Below, in pieces: positions 13,565 through 29,152 of a DNA stretch of 48,756 bases. The stretch lies in assembly GCA_040143965.1 (NCBI GenBank), contig JASJQH010006895.1, positions 1 through 48,756 of the forward strand. The letters are read 5' to 3'. The notes under the pieces were generated by a model that saw only the letters and a list, made by a program, of their open reading frames with translations, had not been told where the DNA came from and searched no databases. The position numbers were made by a program, and so were the translations under genes. The DNA is from Basidiobolus ranarum. Its lineage: Eukaryota. Positions within the stretch are counted from its first letter, which is position 1. The number at the start of each line of letters is the position of its first letter.

Positions 13565-15826
13565 ATGAGTAGTCTTCTATACACCGTTTCTATCCCTATT
13601 AGTATTGAGGATGAACTTGACAAGATCTCCTCTTTTTTCGAAAAATTTTCGGTTGCCGAAAAGTCTAACCAAAACTCTATTGAAGAGGACTCTATGGATA
13701 TAGACACGCCCTCCGAGCAGAGACGTTACAAGTATATGGAGTTGTTACAAGATATTGCTAATTGCACAGTCGACTCAGTAACTATTGAGCTAGATGATGT
13801 TGCAAAGTTTGAAGAAACCGAGGGCGGTCTTGTTAGGAACATAATGCAAAATGCTAAGAGATACCAGGATTTGTTTTCTAGAGTCATTGATCGGTTAATG
13901 CCTGCTCCTACCGTCGATATCTCCGTTAAGGGCTCTGTAATTGATGTTATTATTAACCAACGCCGCCAACGTGACCAAGAACGCAGCGAAGAGACTGGCC
14001 CTAAGTTTCCTGATATTCTCACCCGTAGATATTCCGTTTACATCAAACCTCTTTCCAAAGATAAGGCGGTTTCTGCTCGTGAAATTCATGGTGATCGTGT
14101 CGGTCAATTGGTAACTGTTCGTGGTATAGTGACGAGAGTCTCTGACGTTAAGCCTCTTTTATCAGTTTGTGCGTACAGTTGCGATTCCTGTGGATTTGAG
14201 GTATTCCAAGAGATTAAGCAAAGACAGTTCATGCCTCTTACGGAGTGCCCATCTGAGGAATGTACCAAGAACAAAACTAAAGGTCAATTATTTATGCAAA
14301 CCCGTGCTAGTAAATTTTTGAAGTTCCAGGAAGTAAAACTTCAAGAAATGACCGATCAAGTGCCCATGGGACACATTCCTCGTACTATGACCATCCATAT
14401 GTATGAAGATTTAACCAGAAGTGTTAACCCGGGTGACGTAGTTCATATCTCCGGAATCTTCCTTCCAACTCCATTCTCAGGATTCCGCGCCATTCGTGCT
14501 GGATTAATTGCCGACACTTTCCTTGAAGGCCAGCATATCGAGCAACTCAAGAAGCAATACGAACAAATGGAGATGACTGATGAAATCCGCGCAGAGATTG
14601 AGAATCTTAGTCAAGATCCAGACATCTACAGCAAACTGGCCAAAAGTATTGCTCCAGAAATTTACGGCCACGAGGACGTTAAGAAGGTCTTGTTACTTCT
14701 CCTAGTTGGTGGCGTCACCAAGAATACAGAAGATGGTATGAAAATCAGAGGTGATATTAACATCTGTCTAATGGGTGATCCTGGTGTTGCCAAATCTCAA
14801 ATGTTGAAGTTCATTTCTAAAACTGCTCCCCGTGGTGTATTCACTACTGGCCGTGGTTCATCTGGGGTAGGTTTGACTGCCGCTGTCATGAGAGACCCCG
14901 TCACTGATGAGATGGTGTTAGAAGGAGGAGCTTTGGTCTTGGCTGACAACGGTATTTGTTGTATTGATGAATTCGACAAAATGGATGAGCAAGACAGAAC
15001 AGCCATTCATGAAGTCATGGAACAGCAAACCATTAGTATCAGTAAAGCAGGAATCAATACCACCCTAAATGCTCGTACATCTATTTTGGCTGCTGCCAAT
15101 CCTATTCATGGCCGCTATAACCCCAACTTACCACCTCTTCGTAATATCAATCTACCCGCTGCTCTACTCTCTCGATTTGATGTTCTCTATCTAATGTTGG
15201 ATACACCATCTGAGATCGACGAGCTTCTTGCTAGACACGTTACTGAGGTTCATATGACCAACAACCATCCCAAAATGGACTTTGAACCTTTAGATCCCAA
15301 TACGCTTCGCCATTACGTATCTATGGCAAGACAGAAGCGACCCACTGTTCCTCGTGATGTGGCGGAACACATTGTCAACTCATACGTTCAGATTCGTCAT
15401 GAGTACTTTTCTCATTTGAAGGGAGGGTCCCGAAATGGCCAAAAAGGCCCCGCAGTTCACATCACTGCTCGTACTTTGCTCGGTATTATCCGTTTGGCTC
15501 AAGCTTTAGCCCGTATCCGGTTTGCAGATCAAGTAGATCCTCAAGACATTGATGAAGCTTTACGCTTGATGGACTCAGCTCACTCTAGTCTTGATTTGTC
15601 AGCCAAGGGAACTCAGTCAGCTCCTCAAGATACAATCTTCACTACCATACTTCAAATGTTCAACGAGCTTTCTGGTGAAAAGGTGCTTAAGTACCGCTCT
15701 GTTGTTGACCGTCTTTCCAGGACCGGTAATAGTGAGAAGAAGATTATTGATGCCATCAAGAAATACGAAAACTTGAACATCTGGGTACTTAACCAAGCCC
15801 GTACCAAGTTAACCTTGATAAATTAA
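13565..15826 (+). CDS. MCM7: DNA replication licensing factor MCM7 (intronless)
   Basis: 753-aa ORF with zinc finger CDSCG...CPSEEC, MQTRASKF, Walker A GDPGVAKSQ, IDEFDKM and arginine finger SRFD. MCM7-type signatures GHIPR and GVGLTAAVMRDPVT. Confidence 0.96.
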   Translation: MSSLLYTVSIPISIEDELDKISSFFEKFSVAEKSNQNSIEEDSMDIDTPSEQRRYKYMELLQDIANCTVDSVTIELDDVAKFEETEGGLVRNIMQNAKRYQDLFSRVIDRLMPAPTVDISVKGSVIDVIINQRRQRDQERSEETGPKFPDILTRRYSVYIKPLSKDKAVSAREIHGDRVGQLVTVRGIVTRVSDVKPLLSVCAYSCDSCGFEVFQEIKQRQFMPLTECPSEECTKNKTKGQLFMQTRASKFLKFQEVKLQEMTDQVPMGHIPRTMTIHMYEDLTRSVNPGDVVHISGIFLPTPFSGFRAIRAGLIADTFLEGQHIEQLKKQYEQMEMTDEIRAEIENLSQDPDIYSKLAKSIAPEIYGHEDVKKVLLLLLVGGVTKNTEDGMKIRGDINICLMGDPGVAKSQMLKFISKTAPRGVFTTGRGSSGVGLTAAVMRDPVTDEMVLEGGALVLADNGICCIDEFDKMDEQDRTAIHEVMEQQTISISKAGINTTLNARTSILAAANPIHGRYNPNLPPLRNINLPAALLSRFDVLYLMLDTPSEIDELLARHVTEVHMTNNHPKMDFEPLDPNTLRHYVSMARQKRPTVPRDVAEHIVNSYVQIRHEYFSHLKGGSRNGQKGPAVHITARTLLGIIRLAQALARIRFADQVDPQDIDEALRLMDSAHSSLDLSAKGTQSAPQDTIFTTILQMFNELSGEKVLKYRSVVDRLSRTGNSEKKIIDAIKKYENLNIWVLNQARTKLTLIN

Positions 15827-16369
15827 TATTTTATAGAATTTAGTACAAACTTTGTTCTGTGGCTCAATCCATTGTTTTATTTTTTTCAATGTTTTAATAT
15901 CAATACTGTCTATTCATATGTATATAGATTATCTCCCTTCATTTGCGAAGAGGATCTCTGCGAAGATTTCTGCGCAATAGTGGTTGGTCTTTCCAATAAT
16001 AAAGTTGTTGACAAAAATCGCCATCTGTTGTCTTGTTAATATATGATCAAACCCAAAATGAATTTAATCGACATGATGATTAATTTAATCGAAAGTCATT
16101 TTGTGATTGGCTGGACTGAACAGTTACAGTAACACATCAAATATGAGAATTAAAATCAAAACAGTATTCCGAGATTTCAAAACAAACAAACAAGTATAAA
16201 CAATCATACCTCTAAAAGTCAAAACATCTTCGGTGGAATCAACTTCAAAGCTTCTCTTCTCCATTAAATCATTAACCAATCTTTCTCCATTTCCGGATAC
16301 ATTACTCGTTGTTTAGTTTGTCTTGTACAATTTCATATTCTTCCTGTATCCTGCTCGCAATAATATATA

Positions 16370-19218
16370 ATGGTAACTTTCATTTGTAAATGTCATTAAT
16401 TTTTTCACTATAGTAACTTATATTACTATTATAGGCTTCACGTAAACGTACAAGAGATTCCCCCGCTCCACTTCAAACCAGCGATGACTTGGTCAGCTCC
16501 CCACCAGCTAATTTTCTCCCATCCAGTCCTTTTCCATACTCAGATTTGCCTGGGGAAGAAGATCTCATTCATGAGGATATGGTAGAAGATCTTGATGATG
16601 ACGCTGGTGAAGACTTATTTGGCTCAGATATGGAGAAGTAAATCACCCTTTCACTTTTATTTTAACTTCAACATCGTATTAATCATGTGCTTACTATTTT
16701 AGCGACTATCAAGAGAATATTAAACTTGATACCTACGAAGTTGATGATATCGATGACCAAGATTACGAAGCCATGGATATTGGCTCCAGGGCTGAAATTG
16801 AAGCTCGCATGAAAGCTAGGGATGCTATGTATGGCAGGAACGTTCCAGCGGCATTCTTAGGTGAATATGATGATGCTGAACAGCGTATCTCTGAACCTCG
16901 TCGTCGTAGAAGATTGAGAGAAAGAGATATGGATGTGGGTATGCAAATGGATGATGACTCTACCTACACTCCGCTTGAAGATATGGACATGAAAGGTCAA
17001 AGCATCGCTGAATGGGTTTTGAACCCCGAGGTTACCAAAGCCATCAAGAGAGAGTTTAACCATTTCCTTCTGACCTATGTTGATGATCACGGAAATTCGG
17101 TTTATGGTGAACGAATTCGTAGACTTGGAGAAAGTACGTCATTGTTACTGTTTTTAACTGTTTCATCAATATGCTTACAATTTTATTACTTTAGTCAATG
17201 CTCAAAGCTTGGAAGTCAGCTACACTCACCTTGCCGATTCTAAGCCTTTACTAGCCTACTACTTGGCTAACTCCCCTTCACAGATGTTGACCATCTTGAA
17301 TCAAGTCGCATGGGAAACTGTGCTTAAAATGTACCCTTACTACGATCGTATTTACTCGGAAGTTCACGTTCGAATTGCAGATTTGCCATCAATCTGTAGT
17401 CTTCGTGATCTTCGTCAGACTCATCTTAACACTCTTGTTCGTGTGTTTGGTGTTGTCTCCAGAAGAACTAGTGTATTCCCTCAGTTGAAGTATGTCAAAT
17501 ATGATTGCTTAAAGTGTGGTAATGTCCTCGGACCATTTTATCAAGATGCTCAAAACGAAATCAAGGTTGGAAACTGTAATAATTGTGGATCCAAAGGTCC
17601 ATTCAACGTCAACGCTGAGCAAACTGTATACCGTAACTATCAAAAAATTACTCTTCAAGAAACTCCAGGAACCGTTCCTGCCGGACGACTTCCTCGTCAT
17701 CGTGAAGTGGTTTTGTTGTTCGATCTCATTGACAATGTTAAGCCCGGAGAAGAGATTGAGGTGACTGGTATCTACAAGAATAACTTTGATTCTTCCTTAA
17801 ATACTCTCAACGGATTCCCAGTTTTCGCCACCATCCTTGAAGCCAACTCTATTAACAAAAGATCTGACGAGTTTGCAACCTTCCGCCTTACCGAAGATGA
17901 TCTCAAAGAAATCCGTAATCTTGCCAAGGATGAGAAAATTGGAAGAAGAATTATGAAGAGTATCGCTCCTTCCATCTATGGTCATGATGATATCAAGGCT
18001 TGCCTTGCTCTATCTTTGTTCGGTGGTTGTGCAAAGGATTATAATAACAAGCACAGAATCCGTGGTGACATTAACGTTTTGATGCTCGGTGATCCCGGTA
18101 CTGCCAAATCCCAATTCCTTAAGTACGTTGAACAAACTGCGCATAGAGCTGTATTTACAACCGGACAAGGTGCTTCAGCCGTTGGTTTGACTGCCTCGGT
18201 CAGAAAAGACCCCATGACTAAAGAATGGACCTTAGAAGGTGGTGCCCTTGTTTTGGCCGACAAAGGAGTCTGCCTTATCGATGAGTTTGATAAAATGAAC
18301 GATCAAGACCGTACAAGTATTCACGAAGCCATGGAACAACAAACCATCTCCATTTCCAAAGCAGGTATCGTTACTACACTACAGGCTCGATGCGCCGTCA
18401 TTGCCGCCGCTAATCCTATCCGCGGCCGCTATAATCCTTCTATCCCATTTTCGCAGAATGTGGAGTTGACTGATCCAATTCTTTCACGTTTTGACGCTCT
18501 TTGCGTTGTCAAGGATGAAGCTGACCCACTTTTGGACGAACAACTAGGTAGATTCGTTGTGGAAAGTCACATGCGCAGTCATCCTGATTTCATGCCAGAT
18601 GAACTGGAAACCACAACTACTCTTAAAGATGATGATATTATTCCTCAGGATTTATTACGGAAATACATTATGTACGCCAAAGAAAACGTGGTTCCTAAGA
18701 TTCATCAGATTGATGAAGAAAAGGTTACCAATTTCTATGCCCAGTTGAGACAAGAATCCGTATTCTGTGGAGGCATTCCGATTACGGTTCGTCATCTTGA
18801 GTCCATCGCACGTATGAGTGAAGCTCGTGCCAAAATGCACCTTCGTGACTTTGTACGTAGTGACGATGTAGACTTTGCTATTAAGACATTACTTCGCAGC
18901 TTTACTGAAGCTCAGAAATACGCCGCTAAGGTTTATCTTCGTAAGAAGTTGGCTAAGTACCTAAGCTACGATAGCGACAGATATGAGTTGCTGCTGCATT
19001 TCCTCAAAAACATTCTTATGGACCACATCAAACTGTATCAGCTTAAGCACAAAGGACAGAGCCCAGATAAAATTTCCATCCCTATCCAAGAATTCGAAAG
19101 TAAAGCATCCGAAAAAGATATCCATGATATCTATCCGTTCTGTGAATCAACACTCTTTGCTGAGGGTGGATTTGTACTCAATAGGGAAGCTGGTTTGATT
19201 GTTAAAGATTTGGCTTGA
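16370..19218 (+). CDS. MCM2: DNA replication licensing factor MCM2, 4 exons
   Basis: Inferred exons 16370-16372, 16435-16637, 16703-17133 and 17195-19218. Acidic N-terminal histone-binding region (GEDLFG...DY...LDTYE), FPQLKYVKYDC, VPAGRLPRHRE, GDPGTAKSQ and GASAVGLTASV. Confidence 0.96.
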
Positions 19219-19440
19219 AGCATTCGTCATTGATCGGGTTTTCATATATGTTTAATAGATTTCTCACATACTCTCTTGAAATATTTCTATTCTTGTACAC
19301 ACTACCATTGCTCTATTTCTGAATAAATTATGTTCAAATTAATCCATGAGATGACCTAAATATTTTGTTGAAACTATTCAATTGTATATACATTGTTGGA
19401 TATTGTATCGATTAAATTTGACAAAAGCCTCGAAGGTTGA

Positions 19441-20454
<1,014 letters not shown>

Positions 20455-20850
20455 TCTTAGTTGTAAAGATCGTTCACATTATAATCCCTGTTCCACATGT
20501 TCGCGTCAAACTTTTAATTTGATACCTCAACTCTACTTGGCTAGAGTATTCAACACTATTCTCATCGCTTTTGTAATAAAAATTTCATAAAGTTCATGAT
20601 CACTACATCACTGATATATAAGCAGATGGCAAATGAGAAAGGTGGCTTCTGTTAACCGATGGCATTTTACATTAGATATTGTCGCGACACGTATCTAATT
20701 CCAGTTTTGTAAGCATAATTGAAGGTCACTTATTTGCCAATAGTTTGATCAATCAACCTTCTTCAGAATATATTCATATTTTGATAAATTGATTTACTTC
20801 TCAAGTCCAAATAATTTGTTTGTATTCTTCATTGAATAAGCATTGTTATT

Positions 20851-22283
20851 ATGTCTACTTCTTATAGCAAACCTCCGTTAGTGAATCTAAATGATCCACA
20901 AGTTTGTAAAAACTTCATCGTAGGCGAATGTCCGAGCAATCTGTTCAAGTACGTTTCTACCGTGAATTAAAAGTATCCTTATTTTAAAACGAATGACTGA
21001 CTTTTGTATGAACCCTCCAGTCTTGATGTTACCAAAGTAGAGAATTATGTTATTGAGCATTTAGAAGTACGTTTATTATCATGAATACTTTTCTTTGGCA
21101 AATGTTGCTCATCGATCTCTTTGACAACTAACTTGAATCGAAACAGAAAATCCGACCACCAAAATGTCAATTATTACACGTTGAAGAATTAAGAAAAATA
21201 TACAGAAATACGAAAAGTAATGGAGATTTTCAAAAGATAGAGCAAGAAGCGCTGACGAAGCTGAAATTGTTGGTTAAAGCATGTGATGAGCAAATCAATT
21301 CAGCTAAAAAAGGCTTAGAAATTAGTTTAAGAAGTGAGGAATCCGTCAAACTGGTAAGTATTGTTGATAAAGGTACTTTAATCAAATTCCAATTGTGCCT
21401 AAAACTTGCTTCTCTTTATTCTCCCCACTTATTCCGTTATATTTTCAAGTTAACAGAAGTCAATGAACTGGGAGAGGAAATTATTACTTTGTTAAACCAG
21501 TTAGAAGATCACAGTAATGATATTCGATATCTCTATGAAAATTTACACTTTTTAAATTCTCTTTATTGTTAGTCCAGAATTCTCAGATATTGGAAGCTAA
21601 CGCAATCATCACGAAATTAGATAGTTTGAAGCGAACTAAACATTCCAAAGAGGTAAGAACGCCCTTATTAAAAAAGTTCTTTAAGAAAAAGGGTTTATAG
21701 AATTGTATAGGCGAATCTGAGAGATGTTATCAAAGTAAGTGAAAGTGCATCCTCTACACGGTTGACAGTATGCGATGTCTGTGGTGCATATTTATCAATT
21801 CATGACTACGGAATAGAGAGAAGGTAGAATACAAATTTATTGTGTTACCCCGTAGCTTGGCTAACACTTTGCCTTGATTTAGATTATACGATCATACTGA
21901 GGGAGTAGTAAGTCGTTTGGGCATAACCGTTAGCTTCCCTATTGATAATCGGAGCTAACAAATATTGGATCATTTAGATGCACCAGGCATTCAAAAAGCT
22001 TCGTCAGGCTCTGAAAGAGCTAGAAGATGGGATGAAGTCGAAGGAATCGCAACAATCTAGTTCCTATTCGTCTGTGAGTAGCAATGCTACCTATCCTAAA
22101 CACCATCATGGCCAAAAGCGTAAACAGTACGATAATAATCCGTATAACAATCATAAAGGGCCAAGGAAGCATCATTCATATGGCCGCTCGAGAGACCAAC
22201 ATTATAAGCAGAATCACAACACAGCAAAGTATTCCAAGCCTGATAGTGAAAGAACGTATCAAGATCGGAATCCGTATAGATAG
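20851..22283 (+). CDS. Luc7-family U1 snRNP-associated protein, divergent, about 8 exons
   Basis: Zinc finger 1 DPQVCKNFIVGECP...KCQLLH; coiled-coil middle; zinc finger 2 LTVCDVCGAYLS...LYDH.EGVMHQAF; basic/hydrophilic tail. Confidence 0.78.
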
Positions 22284-22945
22284 TAAGTGAGCAGTTAAAG
22301 CAGGTTAAGCTCTGTAACATTTAAGGTCTAGAATAATGAGTTATCGCATTGAGTATTTCTACTCATCTGTAAAGAAAGAAGTCGAAAAGAAAATAGAGAA
22401 ATTGTCGTATTAAATTTAGATTTATTTACTCTAGCTAAAGGCAGCGTTCACAATTAATCAAGTATCATAAAATTATCAGCAGCGCATTAAGCTTCCAGTC
22501 AATGACATTATATGCATATAAATAAATAAATCCTTATAACTCATATTTGCTGAAAAACAAAGGAGAAATACTCATCATTTATTATCATCCAGCGATGTGT
22601 TGTATTGGTGTTTCATGTAATTCGTTAAGCCTTCAAGGATATAGCCGTACAAATCTATTCAAATATACTAAGCTATGATCATGTTCTAGATTTTGTAAAG
22701 GTCTAGCCATTTTTACTGGTAATCGGTTTACACACGGATAAGTCACGTGATTCAGGAGTTCGATTTAGAATTGCTTTAGAAAGTGAAGCAAGAAGATAAA
22801 TAATTTTCAACATCAAATATTTAATATTGAAAAGATTGCTACAACTACTTCCGCTTTCCCGCACGACCTGTGTCATCGCTGGAAGTACTTCAGAAGTATA
22901 AGAATATAGTCGAAGGAAAAAACTAGGAACGAAATTTAACTATAA

Positions 22946-25685
<2,740 letters not shown>

Positions 25686-26917
25686 TTTTGGAAGTTTTTA
25701 TTTACAATTGACTTATTTGTTAATGTATATCAGTTAAAATATCCAGCTTCAATTTTGTTTTACGTTCACCACAAAATGTAATATAGTACATTTCGGCTGC
25801 TAGGGGTTTTCATATCTATCATTATTCAACAATGAAATATTTGCTTAAAATCACCAGGCCAAATTAGTAGTTTGCTTCGTAGAAGCACTTCTCCCACGTA
25901 CATCCAATTTACCTTTCCTTGTGGCAAATTTATTGCTTTGGTGAACAATCTCAGCTGAGTTGGGTTTCCTAGAATGTACACTTGTAGTTAATTTCTGTTA
26001 GAAAAATCCCAAATAATCTGGCCATAAACCTATAAAACTTGAATTTAATGATTTTAACTTATTGCTCTTTACCCCCCCTCCCATAAGGTTCACAATGTTA
26101 GCTGCAAAAAGTGGTAGCCTCTTGCTTGTAGATTTTCACTGACACTAACACAATTCGAACGGTTCAATGGATTAAAAGAAGTCCATTTAGTAGTTTATTT
26201 TCCTTTTCTCTTTTCTGTGAATATTGCCTATCAATGTCATAGTAAGTGTTCAATATAAACGCTCAAGGATGGGTTTGCATCATTAATCTAATCACAGGTT
26301 ATTATTTAGTGTTATATCACTCAGTGATATGTCTAACAACTGTGGCTGTTTAATTCACTCTTAATTGTATTTTCTGTTCTAATATCATTTCTACCAAGGT
26401 GTGTCCCAACCTCTGAAGTCAACCTTCTCGTAAAGATACTCTTCATTTTTCGGTTAAATAGGCGGCGTTTTAAAAGGTTATTGAAGTCAAAAGAATTACT
26501 GCTGGTCGTATTCTCCTCAACTTCTTTAAGAGGGATATTTTATCGAGTATCTTGACAAGAAACGATAGATCCTATTACCATGCGGCGTTAGATATTTTTA
26601 GGTGTTAGTTCCGGTAACAGACTTGACTTTCGTATTGAGGTTGAGCTTTTCCCTTGGTATATCTAGTCACTACCACGACATCCCTCTCATTTTAGAGAGC
26701 GTCCATAACATTGTAGGCAACTGAAAAGGCAGCGAACGGGTATATGATTTTCGTAAAGATTGGAGGGCTTAAAAAGAGATTTGGTGTCGAACGATCATCA
26801 AGGCCAGCTGATGAGAAGGTTTTGTTTTACTCGATGTTCGTTACTATTCAACGTAAATATCTCTGGAAATACATATTCCTCCCTCATCTACAGTTTCCTA
26901 GAGAATTATCTGAGACG

Positions 26918-29152
26918 TTATTGCATACGACATATGGAGTGATTCTCTTTAGCCAGCTTTGCTAGCATGAGATCACGCTGTTGCTCGATTGTTTCAACCA
27001 CGGTTCCTTGCTCGACATAGCTCTGTAACTCCGTAATTAACTCCTTTTTCCAATCGAACCTTACTGAGAATACTCCTACGACCGGCTTATGATCGGAGCC
27101 ATACATCTCCATTAAGCCTTCGTAGCGAAGAACATCTATTTCTCCAACTCGAGATTTGTAGAGTATTCGGTCAGTCCATGACGGGATTCTAGCCTTCGGG
27201 CTCGAATCATAAATATGGCGAAGTGAGGGAGGCATAGCGTCAGAGAGTGACGATTCGGAACTCATGTAACTTTGTCCAACATGTGGGACATCAAATTTGT
27301 AAGTAGGTGGGAAGGTTATTGGAGCCTCTTCAAAGTCGGGAAACACTGTTCCTTTCTCTCGTTCCTGAATTAGTTGGTCACGGTCCAACAGGTACTAAAA
27401 ATAGAAATTAGATGTTGTTAGGATGCTTCTCTGGATCAATGTGTGCTTGTACTCACCCCATAATCTCCGGTACTTAGTTTCGCATCTATTGTTCTACGAT
27501 CACCCTCCACTCGGTAATTCAGATCTCCCACCCAAAAAGTATAGTCAAAGCGATCACTGACTGTGACAGGCTTCTGACCTAAAAAAATCGGATCAGTATC
27601 TGGTTACGCAACACAAAAGCAACGCTCTACTACCTGAAGGATAAGCCTTGTATCCATTCAATCTAAGTTCTTTATCTATGCGCTTATAATCGTAATTTCT
27701 ATCTGCTACCTTTCCTTGATGAGCTGTTGAGGGTGATTGTTATTAGCCAAAATCTCGAAATTCCTCATAACACTATTCACCTACCGGTAAAGTGGCTATT
27801 TACAAAAAGCAACGAAGTCGTTCCAAACAATACTGATATGCCAACTCCTCCTTTGTTCCCAATCACACCACCAATACCTGTTGCTACCTGGGCAGAATGG
27901 GTAGCTGAAGGTGAAGTATGGGTTATGAGTTGCGTCAAGTGTATAGCAAGCATCAACCATGACATTTACCTTTAATCCAGTGCCTACAATCTCTCCATAC
28001 AAATACTGCCAAGTGTAAGGCGGCCATGGTTTCTGATTTTATGAGTACATACTGTGGACTGAGAAGCTCCACCAATTGTTTTTCCCACTCTTCTTTGGAA
28101 GGAAATAGGACCGATTCTGAAATGGGCCTTTGACATTCCTGAGTACCAATGACGAGAAGATGGTACGGGTGACCTGTTTGGTGGCTTAGGTAAGGGGTAA
28201 CACTAGGAGTTTTTTGAGTAGGTTTTTCAATAAAAGGGTCTAAATCCTTGGGTGGTGGCTTATAAAGGGTTCAATTATTAAGGAGAGATCTCACAGCTCA
28301 ATAGCAACCGCGTTGAACTTACTTTGCCGTACATATTCCAAGTACCACAGAATATCTTGAGGGACTTCTTATCTGGAGCATCGTCACTGACATCAAACAA
28401 AGTTGAATATCTATCAGAACTAGCATTCTTATGTTTGAAAACAGATCCCATCACAGTAAGAAAGCTCTTCACCGATCTAGGTAACGTTGAATGACGAAAG
28501 GATATTGTCTCACTGTCTAGTTCTATTCCGGATTCATCATTCATACTGAAATGGCGTCTGCGGGTACCCCTGGATGCCGGCAGAGAGGGTCTTCTATCAA
28601 TGTCTAATTATCGTAAGATTACACACCCTGTCAGCTCAACAAGTTATAATAAACTCACCTGCAAGCTTCCTTTTACGTAACTGACGGATTCTTCTTATCC
28701 TTTCTCTCTGTTGCTTTAAATTTAGTTTATCTAGTTGTGATGGGGCATTCCTATAGTCTATAGATGCTCTTTACCTGAACTCTCCATATTTCTTCATCCT
28801 CATTCCAACTAGAGTCTGAAAGATTAGGTTGTTGAGGAATCTCACCAAAAGATTGCGATCCAAACGAGCCTCTATAGAATTTGCCATGCTTTTGCTTGAT
28901 CGGGATATGCTCAGAGTTGATGTGCAAGCTTTGATCAGTGTCATCTGTTTCAGTGTCGGTGTTGCTTCTCTCGCTTTCGCACGAAGAGTTTGTTAAAGAA
29001 GATTTATCGGAATTAGAAGAATTATCCAAATCTCCATCACAGCTATCCGTATCGTTTAACTCTGAGGGGTTCGTTTTGGGTGTTAGTGAAGGTGAGAGTA
29101 TCGAAGCAGTGGTTTCAATTGCAACACGCACTCCATTCCAAAGCGATGTCAT
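26918..29152 (-). CDS. Inositol polyphosphate 5-phosphatase with C-terminal CaaX-like motif, multi-exon
   Basis: IFCGTWNM, VIGTQEC, GNKGGV, FVNSHF, FWVGDLNYR, DQL, FPPTYKFD, PSWTDRILY and SDHKPV; ends SICRMQ-stop. Ser/Asp-rich N-terminal exons are less certain. Confidence 0.9.

Noticed and set aside
20973..20980. GTATCCTT, resembling a U12-type 5' splice site, inside Luc7 intron 1
   Set aside because: No TCCTTAAC branch site follows, an in-frame stop precedes it, and the U2-type GTACGT donor explains the intron.
28751..28774. Apparent 24-nt micro-intron or premature stop in the 5-phosphatase
   Set aside because: A normal-sized intron of about 67 nt to a downstream CAG restores the frame (RERIRRIRQLR).
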